Source: Clostridiales bacterium
GTDB lineage: Bacteria > Bacillota > Clostridia > Saccharofermentanales > Saccharofermentanaceae
NCBI GenBank assembly: GCA_017617995.1
Contig: JAFZVE010000072.1
Location: 31,997-95,996 of the forward strand
Reading direction: 5' to 3'
Length of the DNA stretch: 64,000 nucleotides
Shown: piece by piece, positions 45,936 to 54,857 of the stretch
Position numbering within the stretch: the stretch's first letter is position 1
Layout of the letters: every line of letters starts with the position of its first letter
Program-made: the position numbers and the translations under genes
The notes under the pieces: generated by a model
What the model was told of the DNA's origin: nothing
The model's database searches: none
The model's input: only the letters and a program-made list of their open reading frames with translations

Positions 45936-46559
45936 TCAGTTCCAGTACAGCTCCCTCTCCGCCATTTCGGTGATGAACGAATAGACTGCGAGCTGCTCGG
46001 GCGTGATCTGATGGCGGATGCTGACCGGGATCAGTAGGTTCTCGTCCGCGATGTTCGCCGCCCCTCCTCGTTTCGTCATGGAGTGATACACGAGATAACT
46101 CATCGTTCCCTCCTTCGGGATATTGTCGATGATGCCGGCGTCCTTGAGCATGCCGTACTTAAGTTCGCCGATATAGACAAAGTAGACATTATTCATTTCC
46201 AGAAGTTCCTTAAGGACCGTGAACTCCTCCGGCTCGATAAACTGTCCGGAGCCCTGGTCGCAGAGGACGATCATGCGCCCTGCAAATCCGGATCCGCTCA
46301 CCTTCGCGTCTTCCATATTATCGATTCTTCTGGCGACGAGGTTACGCGGTGCGACCGTCTCGGGATCCACTCGGTAGAACATCACGTCGAATTTTCTGTC
46401 GTTAAACTCCGCCGTGTATTCGTCCATCTTCTCGAATCCGCGCTCCATATTCTCTTCTTTATCGACCCATGGATCAAACAGTCTCAGAAAAACTACGAAA
46501 ACGAATACCACTGCAAGCAGGCACAAAACTGCGATGGTGGCGTGTCTTCTTGTCAACAT
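45936..46559 (-). CDS. hypothetical membrane-anchored protein
   Basis: ATG 46559 follows GGGAGG. It has a single N-terminal TM, and no family is recognised. Confidence 0.6.
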   Translation of the reverse strand: MLTRRHATIAVLCLLAVVFVFVVFLRLFDPWVDKEENMERGFEKMDEYTAEFNDRKFDVMFYRVDPETVAPRNLVARRIDNMEDAKVSGSGFAGRMIVLCDQGSGQFIEPEEFTVLKELLEMNNVYFVYIGELKYGMLKDAGIIDNIPKEGTMSYLVYHSMTKRGGAANIADENLLIPVSIRHQITPEQLAVYSFITEMAERELYWN

Positions 46560-46865
46560 ATACGTACCTCCCGAATCCGTCCGCGTGTCCGTGATGTCCC
46601 CGTCCGGACACAAATTCTCTACTATGATTATATGCCAGGCATACCTTTCCTTCTACGCCACAAACACGGAAATAGACCCCTCCTTTTTCTCATTCTGTGC
46701 AAGAAGACCTCCCGCCCCTATCGTCAGTTTTCCATCCTACACGCCTCCTTTTGCGGCTTTACTCTTTCTTTATTCTTTCCCGCGAATCTTTGAAAAGTAT
46801 TAGCGATTTCCCGAAGGGGTGTGTTGTAAGATAAGACCATCAGGAACGAAAAGGAGCTTTCGGAA

Positions 46866-47540
46866 ATGGTAGAAGAGAACAACAGAATCGAAGGAAAGGA
46901 TGCAGAGACCATGACAGAAATGACAACAGAAGAAATCAAAGACATCGAAGCAACATGTGACGAGATAGAAGTCGAGGGCGAAGATACCGGCATCTGTGCA
47001 GACGGATACGGCATGATCGAGATCACGACCAAGAAACTCACCAAAGAGAAGTTCCGGGCAAAGTTTGCTTTTCACGCGGACTTCCAGATGCTCCAGGATG
47101 TACTCGCATCCGGCGGAAAAGCATTCGGACTTCGGAAGAGTGGTTTCTTTAAAGATGGCCCGATCGAGGTCGTCTTCACGATCCGCGTCTCCGAGAACAG
47201 CTATAACTGCGAACAGCTCCTCTTCTCCGACGGCATCGCGGAAGCCTCGCGTGACAACATCCGCAGACATGTACGCCTCGAGGTCGCTCGTCTCGCCCTG
47301 TCCGCCAACTGCCACGACAACACTTTTCTCGGGGAGGCGCTCCCTGAACTTGTACGCGAAGTCGGCGCCCCCAACTGGATCATGGGCGTTGCCTTTGCCA
47401 TCCTATACGGCATCTGTCTGAGATCGGCATTTGGCGACTACATCACGAGCATGTGCGTCGGCGTTTCGATGGGCATCGCGATGAGCTTCTGCTTCCGCTC
47501 CGTCAAGTATCACTTCCAGACCGCTTCCGAACAGAAGTAA
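46866..47540 (+). CDS. hypothetical protein with C-terminal TM segments
   Basis: AAGGAG RBS, 224 aa, acidic N-terminus. No family recognised. Confidence 0.6.
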   Translation: MVEENNRIEGKDAETMTEMTTEEIKDIEATCDEIEVEGEDTGICADGYGMIEITTKKLTKEKFRAKFAFHADFQMLQDVLASGGKAFGLRKSGFFKDGPIEVVFTIRVSENSYNCEQLLFSDGIAEASRDNIRRHVRLEVARLALSANCHDNTFLGEALPELVREVGAPNWIMGVAFAILYGICLRSAFGDYITSMCVGVSMGIAMSFCFRSVKYHFQTASEQK

Positions 47541-47612
47541 AAAGAAAGTACGGCGAAATTTGCAGAAACGAATGATCTGTCCGTAAAGACCCGGATACTT
47601 TGAAATAGCCAC

Positions 47613-48296
47613 TCAGGTTCGGATACTCATCGTGCAGCGGCAGATCGGGAAACTCAGGCACCCCCAGAATCCGCCCATCGATCCCTGCCGGACGACCATC
47701 GGACTTCCGCACTGCGGGCAGATCCGCATGAGACCCTCTTTCACCCGTTGCTCCTGCTCGCCGCGCAGTTTCTCATAGACCTTCTGCGTCATGTAGCAGT
47801 CCGCCAGCGCACGGTGAGCGCCGGCCGTGCTGATTCCGTAGTGGCCCGCCAGACTCCCGAGACCGTATCCTCTTTGACCGGGCAGGCATATCCTCGCCAT
47901 CTGAAGCGTGTCGACATAATCGTTGCCGATCGTCTGTCCCCAGAACTCCGTCGCATCGCGATACAGAAACGGAAGGTCGAACCTGTGGATGTTATGTCCC
48001 ACCAGCACCATTTCTTCTGCAAAAGCACTGAAGTCCTGTAGTACCTGCCGAAATCCCGGGGCATCCGATACCATGTCGTCCGTGATCCCGTTTACATCGG
48101 TCGCGACCTCCGGGATATGCTGACCCGGATTCACAAGCGAGGAAAATTCCTCCACCACTTCGTGATTTCGCACCTTCAATGCGGAGATTTCGATTACTTT
48201 ATCATAATGGCTCGATAGCCCCGTCGTCTCGAGGTCGAACACCACATAGTTTTCTACAAAAGACTTCTTGTTTCTACCAGGCTGCTGCGCTAACAT
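47613..48296 (-). CDS. DnaQ-like 3'-5' exonuclease with C-terminal C4 zinc finger
   Basis: Exo I VVFDLETTGL, Exo II LVGHNIHRFDLPFL and Exo III HRALADCYMT are present. The tail is CPQCGSPMVVRQGSMGGFWGCLSFPIC. Confidence 0.85.
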   Translation of the reverse strand: MLAQQPGRNKKSFVENYVVFDLETTGLSSHYDKVIEISALKVRNHEVVEEFSSLVNPGQHIPEVATDVNGITDDMVSDAPGFRQVLQDFSAFAEEMVLVGHNIHRFDLPFLYRDATEFWGQTIGNDYVDTLQMARICLPGQRGYGLGSLAGHYGISTAGAHRALADCYMTQKVYEKLRGEQEQRVKEGLMRICPQCGSPMVVRQGSMGGFWGCLSFPICRCTMSIRT

Positions 48297-48441
48297 ATGT
48301 CATCTACTTTCTAATACCAAGTCCGGATTTCACTGACTCAGTTTTGCTTTTTCCACATTATACCACGGGCTGTCTCACATCGATCATGGCAGCATCTCTC
48401 AGCGATCACGGAAGGACATCACTTATCAAACACGAGCGACA

Positions 48442-48900
48442 TCACTCATCGATCACAAGTCCGGAAGAACGCACATTTACAGCGAGCTCCACACGATTCT
48501 TAAATCCCGTCTTCTGCATGAGGCTGTTGACGTGGGAACGCACGGTCCATCGGCTCATGTTAAGCGCATCGGCGATCTCCTGATCGGTATAACCATAGAC
48601 GACCTTTCGAAGAACATCGAGTTCTCGTGCGGTAAAGTCCGTGCTCGATGCATCCCCGATCTTAAGTACCGGCGTCGATTCCGGGATGATCTTCTCACCA
48701 CTGAGGACGCGCTCGATGACCTTGACGAGCGGCATGACTTCGTATTCCTTATACCACATGCCTTCCACACCGGCTTCCTTCGCCTTTTCCACATACGACA
48801 CTTCCGGCATACTCGTCACGAGGATGATCTTGATATCCGGGTGATCTTTCTTGATACGCGCGGCTGCCTCGATCCCATTCAGACTGATCGTAGTCGATAT
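48442..48900 (-). pseudogene. 5'-truncated LuxR-family response regulator remnant
   Basis: The frame is open only from 48900 (in-frame TAG at 48903-48901). It reads ..ISLNGIEAAARIKKDHPDIKIILVTSMPEV...LTARELDVLRKVVYGYTDQEIADALNMS.., so it lacks the first ~85 aa of the receiver including the phospho-acceptor region. It is a paralogue of 32851..33510. Confidence 0.7.
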
Positions 48901-49219
48901 CTACGAAGCGGTATGTCTCGAGGAGCCAGAAATACTCGTCGTCCGTGATCTTCTCGAGGTCCGCGATCTCCGCCATCTCGAGGAGTTCTTCCGCCGTCAT
49001 GCTCTCATACTTTTCTTTCGTGAGGCCTTCCTCGACGGGTTCTGTGGTTTCTTCGGTCGTCGGCGCGGCAGTTGTGGTATCCTCCGTCGCCTCCGTCTTC
49101 GGTTTTGTCGCATCCGGCGACTTCGTCGCTCTCGTCGTCTCTTCATCCTTCTTGCCGCAGGCCGCCAGAGAGCCGAGCATCGAAATCGTCAGAACCGTTG
49201 CAATCAGTTTCTTTTTCAT
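48749..49219 (-). CDS. small lipoprotein whose 3' end runs out of frame into the response-regulator remnant
   Basis: ATG 49219 follows AGGAGGAAG. MKKKLIATVLTISMLGSLAAC is a lipobox. From about 48900 downstream, the frame is the wrong-frame reading of the regulator remnant. Confidence 0.6.
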   Translation of the reverse strand: MKKKLIATVLTISMLGSLAACGKKDEETTRATKSPDATKPKTEATEDTTTAAPTTEETTEPVEEGLTKEKYESMTAEELLEMAEIADLEKITDDEYFWLLETYRFVDIDYDQSEWDRGSRAYQERSPGYQDHPRDEYAGSVVCGKGEGSRCGRHVV

Positions 49220-49376
49220 ATTCTCTTCCTCCTGTTTTGTGTTTCTCCTTACTGGAAGATTATCATGAAAACCTAACATTTCGCATCGCTATAAATAGCG
49301 ATTTTGAGGTGGGTGGGGGTGCGGATCTGGTCTGATTTTCTCTCTTTTTTCCTTGGATAGGGTTCGCTCTGAGGCT

Positions 49377-49602
49377 CAGTCTGATTTTTGTCTGATGGCA
49401 CCCTCTTCATTAGACAGAAATCAGACTGAAAACTCTCCCAGTCTAACAGAACCGGCTTTTTCAAGATTCGTCTGACCAGAGTGGCGTCCCAGTCAGATAA
49501 ACAGTCTGATACGAGCTCAAATCAGACAGATCGTCAGACTGGCTGACTCCCAGTCTGATATCTGTCTAATGTCACACCCTTTATCAGACAAATATCAGAC
49601 CA
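49377..49602. repeat. hairpin-repeat cluster B2 (same family and same internal spacing as B1)
   Basis: Left arms start at 49377, 49439, 49490 and 49551 (spacing 62/51/61, versus 62/52/61 in B1). The outer hairpins have loops GGCACCCTCTTC and GTCACACCCTTT, in the same orientation as B1. Confidence 0.9.
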
Positions 49603-49723
49603 GGAACATGCTCTTCAGTAATTCAGTCAGATGCACCGCGTATTATCCCGATATTTCTGACTCAGTCACTTTTTCAGTCAATTTCCGGCGCCAAAAGTGA
49701 CAGTTCAGTGAGCAGTCCACCCC

Positions 49724-49762
49724 AAAAAAGCCGCCCCCGAAGTTTTTCACTTCCGGGACGGC
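49724..49762 (-). terminator. predicted terminator after the SPFH/zinc-ribbon gene
   Basis: The minus strand reads GAGCCGTCCCGGAAGT-GAAAAA-ACTTCGGGGGCGGCT followed by TTTTTT. Confidence 0.7.
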
Positions 49763-49818
49763 TCATTCTTCTTTTTCTTCGTGAAATGCACTGTAGCCGC
49801 GGCTACCTGCCTCTACTC

Positions 49819-51312
49819 TCAGTTCTTAGGTGCCACACACGGGCTTCCGCAATCCGGGCAGAATCTTGATACGATTCCGGTCTTACCGCAGTTCGGGCAA
49901 TTCCAGGTCGCTACTACCGGAGATGTATGCTCAGCCGGAGCCGGAGTTGCAACAGGAGCTGCATCGACAGGTGCTGCCGGAGCAGAAACTGTACCCGCAA
50001 CGACACCGGCGGTTGCGCCGGCAACCACACCGGCCGTAGCCGGATCAACAGGAGCACCCGCCACAGGAACGCCTGCGACCGGAGCGCCAGCTACAGGAGC
50101 TGCACCAGGAACACCGGCACCAGGAACCGTACCTGCCGGTGCGCCGGTATTTCCTGCGACCACTCCGCCGAAGCCCTGTCCGAGCTGTGCGGAAGTGCCC
50201 ATGATCGGATTCAGCGCATCCTTCGTCATATTGATCACGCCGCCCATCGCACCGAGCGCCACACCAAGACCTGCGACCTCGCCGATACCGCCGGCTGCTC
50301 CGCCACCTGCACCACCACCGGTGATACCGTTCTGCATCGCTTCCATGCCGACCTTTCTCGCGGTCTCGTCCTGATAGGAGTAACCCTTCATTCTCATCTC
50401 CTGGGCCTCCGCCTCAGCCTGCATACGATACGCATCCGCTTCCGCCTGCGCCTTGATACGGATCGCCTCGGCATCTCCCTGCGCACTGACCATCTTCAGC
50501 TGTGCCTCTGTCTGCGCCTCGACGATTTTTCTGCCCTGCGCGGCCTCAGCCTCAGCACGTCTGACTTCCTCTTCACGAACCTTAAGAGTACGATCCGCGA
50601 ACTGCTGCTTCAGTCTTTGGAAGTTCGGGTCATCGTCCGGCGTCATCACGGTCGTGATGTAGAACTCCGGCATGAAAAGACCATACTCGACGAGCGACTC
50701 ATTGATGACCGCCTGCATCTGCGCAGAGAGGACATCGAGGTACGCATCGACTTCGAGGATATTGATATTCTGTTCTTTAATAACACGAGCCAGGTTCGTC
50801 TTCACGCGGTTGATGATGAGCGCTCTAAACTTACTTGTGCCGTATTCGAGTCCTTCGCTCGGATCCGCGATCTCGCTTCTGAGAAGTCCATCTGTCGTAC
50901 CGACGATCTTCACGATGAGCTTACGGGAATCGACGACCTTCAGGTTAAAGGTACCGCTCGCGCCCACCTCGATATGAAGTCCCGATGCCGGATCGAAGAG
51001 ACGGACCTTGCTGTCCGTACCCCAGCGGATACCCATCTGGGTGGTCATGTTGATGAAGTAGACCTCCGCGTGGAAGACATTCTCTCCACCGGTACCGAGC
51101 TTCATCAGGTCACGCAGGAGCGGGATGTTATAAGTCGTTAAGGTATGACGGCCTGCCTGGAAAAGGTCCAGCGCTTTACCATCTCGGAAAAAGAGCGCCT
51201 CCTGCGACTCATGAACGATCAGCTGAGATCCGATCGTGATGTCTTCCTTCGGATGCTTGTACGCAAATACCTCATTACTGCCTTCGTACTTGATTACACT
51301 AATAATTTCCAT
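49819..51312 (-). CDS. SPFH-domain protein (YdjI-like) with Gly/Ala/Pro-rich linker and C-terminal zinc ribbon
   Basis: MEIISVIKYEGSNEVFAYKHPKEDITIGSQLIVHESQEALFFRDGK is typical of YdjI-type SPFH proteins. The C-terminus is WNCPNCGKTGIVSRFCPDCGSPC. Confidence 0.8.
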   Translation of the reverse strand: MEIISVIKYEGSNEVFAYKHPKEDITIGSQLIVHESQEALFFRDGKALDLFQAGRHTLTTYNIPLLRDLMKLGTGGENVFHAEVYFINMTTQMGIRWGTDSKVRLFDPASGLHIEVGASGTFNLKVVDSRKLIVKIVGTTDGLLRSEIADPSEGLEYGTSKFRALIINRVKTNLARVIKEQNINILEVDAYLDVLSAQMQAVINESLVEYGLFMPEFYITTVMTPDDDPNFQRLKQQFADRTLKVREEEVRRAEAEAAQGRKIVEAQTEAQLKMVSAQGDAEAIRIKAQAEADAYRMQAEAEAQEMRMKGYSYQDETARKVGMEAMQNGITGGGAGGGAAGGIGEVAGLGVALGAMGGVINMTKDALNPIMGTSAQLGQGFGGVVAGNTGAPAGTVPGAGVPGAAPVAGAPVAGVPVAGAPVDPATAGVVAGATAGVVAGTVSAPAAPVDAAPVATPAPAEHTSPVVATWNCPNCGKTGIVSRFCPDCGSPCVAPKN

Positions 51313-51315
51313 CGA

Positions 51316-52113
51316 TTAACTCCTTTCCGGCAACGCTGCCAAGCCTATAATAACTGCTATCGGAATGCCCACGGCCAGAGCCGCCGCAGGGCCTGTGTCC
51401 ATATTAAAACCATACGCCAGCACCATGAAGAGGATGAGCGGTACCGCACACACGAACGACAGGACCATGATCACTGTCGCCAGTGTCCCTTCGAGGTACA
51501 CGGCATAGGCCATCGCCGCGGTGAGCACCACAAAAATCGGGATGCATGCCGCGATCGGAAAATTCAGTTTCTCACGCAGGACGATCGCGATGATCGCCGG
51601 AAGGATCGTGCCGATGATGATCGCCAGCGGGATGTGCTTGCGTCTCGAGATGAGGATCTCTTTATCACAGACCTGGATCAATTCTTCGGTGTCCCGCGCG
51701 CCCTTGATCTTCACGAACTCTTTTCGTGCCTGGCGGAAGTTTTTCTTGTCAAAGAAATTCTTGCCCTTCGCATAGGTCGCACACTGATCTGCCTGCACGA
51801 TGCCCGATTCGCAGACCTTCAGGATCTCCGAAGAGATCGCATCCGGGTGCTGCGTGCACTCCAGCGCGGCCGTCTTATAGACAAGCCTCGCCTGTCCTGC
51901 ACTCGCCACGTCGGGCTTACCGGAGAGCATCTCCTTCGCCTTCGCGACCAGCTCGATCGTGTGTGCGTGCTTGCCGTAGTCCGGGATCATGTCCTTCATG
52001 TCCCACTTGTTTCCGCAGTGCGCGCAGACACAGGTACCCGCGAAGTAGTCGTTCCGGATATCCCCGCCGCAAATCTTGCATTTTAACGAAACTGATGTGG
52101 CTCCCTCTGGCAT
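51316..52113 (-). CDS. zinc-ribbon membrane protein (YdjG/YdjH-like partner of the SPFH protein)
   Basis: The N-terminal LKCKICGG...CVCAHCGNKW is followed by TM segments. Its stop lies 3 nt before the SPFH start. Confidence 0.7.
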   Translation of the reverse strand: MPEGATSVSLKCKICGGDIRNDYFAGTCVCAHCGNKWDMKDMIPDYGKHAHTIELVAKAKEMLSGKPDVASAGQARLVYKTAALECTQHPDAISSEILKVCESGIVQADQCATYAKGKNFFDKKNFRQARKEFVKIKGARDTEELIQVCDKEILISRRKHIPLAIIIGTILPAIIAIVLREKLNFPIAACIPIFVVLTAAMAYAVYLEGTLATVIMVLSFVCAVPLILFMVLAYGFNMDTGPAAALAVGIPIAVIIGLAALPERS

Positions 52114-52336
52114 TTCTTACTCCTATCGAGAAAAACTGTCCTCCGGCGTGAGAGATCCTCCGGAAGGTCCATCCCCTCGGGCTACTCTCAACACCAAGAA
52201 ATATATTAGCATAATTTTACTTTTTAGTCAGCACAGCACTTTCCGAAGATATGCCGATTTACGCCGGCCTATTCCCGTCAGGATATCGCCTAACACGAGG
52301 AATCCTCTTTCCCGGGGCTCGTCTTTCGAAGTTCCT

Positions 52337-54766
52337 CTACTCGTGCGGCAGGAACTCGATGACATCGTCCTCACCCGGCGTGAACTCCATGATATCGTCT
52401 TCTATAGAAGATGTACCACGCTCGGGGACCACGGACCGGATCGCACCGGCTACTGCTTCGTACTCCGCCATCATCACATCGTGCCCGCGCTTGATCGTCG
52501 CCGCATCTCCCGCATTCGCCGCCGCTTCCAGTCCGGCCGCCATCTCACTTAGAGTGGATGCACCGATCATCTTGGAAGTGCTTTTCAAGGCGTGGACATA
52601 GATCGCATAATCGTGCCAGTTCTCCCCGGCAAAACTTGTCCGGATACTCTCGGTCTTCTCTGCATTCTCACTCGCATACTCTGCAAGAAGGGACCGGTAG
52701 AAATTCTCATCTTTCTGGCAGTAGAGAAGTCCGATATCCGGATCGATGCCCGCCGCACGAAGCGTCGCAAATCCATCCTCTGCCGCGTCCGCTTTTTCCG
52801 AGTCTGATTCTTCCGCGTCCGACATCGAAGTACTTCCTCCCGTCTCCTCACGGACACTCTCCACCTTCTCCTGCGGCAGATACCGGATCAGGAGTTTCTC
52901 GAGCGCGAAGCTGTCGATCGGCTTGGTCAGGTAATCCGAGAAACCCTCCGCCAGGTAGTGCTCTTTAGCTCCGACCACCGCATCCGCCGTCAGGCAAACG
53001 ATCGGCGCATCCTTACTCGCGCCGCTTTCAGTCGAACGGATCTTGTGGAGTGCCTCGGTCCCGTCCATCTCCGGCATGCGCTGATCCATGAGGATCACAT
53101 CGTATCTCGTCTTCTCCGCCATCGCCACGGCATTGGCCCCGCTGGTGGACGTATCGATCTGCATCCTCGTATCTTTCAGGAGGTTGACCACTACATTCAG
53201 ATTGATTCTCGTGTCATCGACGATCAGGATCCGGGCATCCGGCGCACGGAAGGATTCCCTGTACGCTCTGGCCTCGAGAAGATTCACTTCGAAACGCTCC
53301 TGGAAATTCCCGACCGGGACCGCCGACAGGATCTTCTGCGGGATCGTGACGGTAAAGACCGACCCCTTCCCGTATTCGCTCTCCACGTCGATCGTGCCGT
53401 GCATCATCTCGAGGAGACGCTGCGTGATGACAAGTCCGAGACCTGTGCCCTCGACGGTACTGTTTCTCTCCATTTCCAGACGCTGGAACCGCTCGAAAAG
53501 CTTCTCCTTATCTTCTTCCCGGATTCCGATTCCCGTATCCTCCACCGTCGCATGAAGGATCAGATATTCATCCGTCATCTTCTCGCCGCGGATCGTCAGC
53601 TTCACCGAGCCCTTCTCGGTATACTTGACCGCATTGTTCAGAATATTCGTCAGGATCTGGCGCACACGCACCTCGTCTCCCTGAAGCTCGTCCGGCAGGT
53701 TCTCATCCACATCGATGATGAAGTCCAGTTTCTTGTCCTGTGCCTTGTACAGCACCATGTTACTGATATTGTTAAGAAGCGAGCCGAGCTTGTACGGCGC
53801 CTCCACCAGATCCATCCGTCCCTCCTCGATCTTGGAAAAGTCGAGGATATCGTTGACGATCGCGAGAAGATTGTGGCCCGCATTCTCGACATCGCCCGCA
53901 TACACGACGATGTTGCGGAGCGTCTCGCGGATATCCTGCGTACTGGACTTCGTGAGGTCCTGCGCCTTTCGTCCTTCACGCATGATCATCTCATTCATGC
54001 CGAGTACCGCATTGATCGGGGTACGGATCTCGTGTGACATATTCGCGAGAAAATCACTTTTGGCGTGGTTGGCACTCTCGGCGCGGATCTTCTCCTCCAT
54101 CAGCTCGCCCTGCATCTTCACAAAAGGACTTACGGTGAAGAGCGCCAGCAGCGCCGCCACGAGAAGCGAGAAAATGAGGATAATGACATAACTGATAATC
54201 GTCGATTTTGTCTGCGCGGAGAGCTGCCCTTCGAACCATTCGACGGAGAAGTCAACGGCCACGATGCCCGCCACGTTTCCGTGCGAATCTTTGACCGGGC
54301 TGTACGCACTGTAGAACTCGCCCCACTGGTCGGTGTAGGGAACCTCGTCTACGGCAGCCTCACCACGTCCTGCTCTTGCGAGCGCATCCGTGTACTCGAC
54401 GCTGTCGCCGTAGCTCGCCGGCGTATACTGGTCGAGGTCCATCGTGAAGATGAAGTTCCCGGGACTCGCTTCCTTGATGCAGTACACATATTCAAGTTCG
54501 ACATTGTCACGGAAAACCGCCAGAGTATCGTATACATTGTTATATTCGGCACTTCCGACCTTATCTTCGTCCAGGCCCCCGAGCACATCGCCGTTGACCG
54601 AGCCCGACGCACAGTTGGCGATATCGAGCATACGCTGCTGGATCGCCTTACGGATACCGACCCTAGCCCTGTAAATAGAAACGGTGCAGAAAAGTATACT
54701 GGAGATCAGGATGATCCCCTCTACCATCAGGATGATCTTGGTGGAAAGATTATTCTTCGCCCCCAC
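52337..54766 (-). CDS. hybrid sensor histidine kinase / response regulator with HPt domain
   Basis: Periplasmic Cache-like domain, H-box SHEIRTPINAVLGMNEMI, ATPase, receiver ILIVDD...LMDQRMPEMDG and C-terminal HPt HALKSTSKMIGA. GTG start follows GAGGGGGG. Confidence 0.9.
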   Translation of the reverse strand: MGAKNNLSTKIILMVEGIILISSILFCTVSIYRARVGIRKAIQQRMLDIANCASGSVNGDVLGGLDEDKVGSAEYNNVYDTLAVFRDNVELEYVYCIKEASPGNFIFTMDLDQYTPASYGDSVEYTDALARAGRGEAAVDEVPYTDQWGEFYSAYSPVKDSHGNVAGIVAVDFSVEWFEGQLSAQTKSTIISYVIILIFSLLVAALLALFTVSPFVKMQGELMEEKIRAESANHAKSDFLANMSHEIRTPINAVLGMNEMIMREGRKAQDLTKSSTQDIRETLRNIVVYAGDVENAGHNLLAIVNDILDFSKIEEGRMDLVEAPYKLGSLLNNISNMVLYKAQDKKLDFIIDVDENLPDELQGDEVRVRQILTNILNNAVKYTEKGSVKLTIRGEKMTDEYLILHATVEDTGIGIREEDKEKLFERFQRLEMERNSTVEGTGLGLVITQRLLEMMHGTIDVESEYGKGSVFTVTIPQKILSAVPVGNFQERFEVNLLEARAYRESFRAPDARILIVDDTRINLNVVVNLLKDTRMQIDTSTSGANAVAMAEKTRYDVILMDQRMPEMDGTEALHKIRSTESGASKDAPIVCLTADAVVGAKEHYLAEGFSDYLTKPIDSFALEKLLIRYLPQEKVESVREETGGSTSMSDAEESDSEKADAAEDGFATLRAAGIDPDIGLLYCQKDENFYRSLLAEYASENAEKTESIRTSFAGENWHDYAIYVHALKSTSKMIGASTLSEMAAGLEAAANAGDAATIKRGHDVMMAEYEAVAGAIRSVVPERGTSSIEDDIMEFTPGEDDVIEFLPHE

Positions 54767-54857
54767 GAAGTGCCCCCCTCGAATTCTACTTACTTTTCAT
54801 AACACACAATACCCAATCATACTAACAGAAATGACCTTTCCCCTCAACCCTACTGCG

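Noticed and set aside
40324-49602. Calling the block between clusters B1 and B2 a mobile genetic element or genomic island
   Set aside because: No integrase, transposase, relaxase or phage genes are present, there is no tRNA target, and I did not measure composition. Direct flanking repeats alone are insufficient evidence. I kept it only as a hypothesis in the findings.
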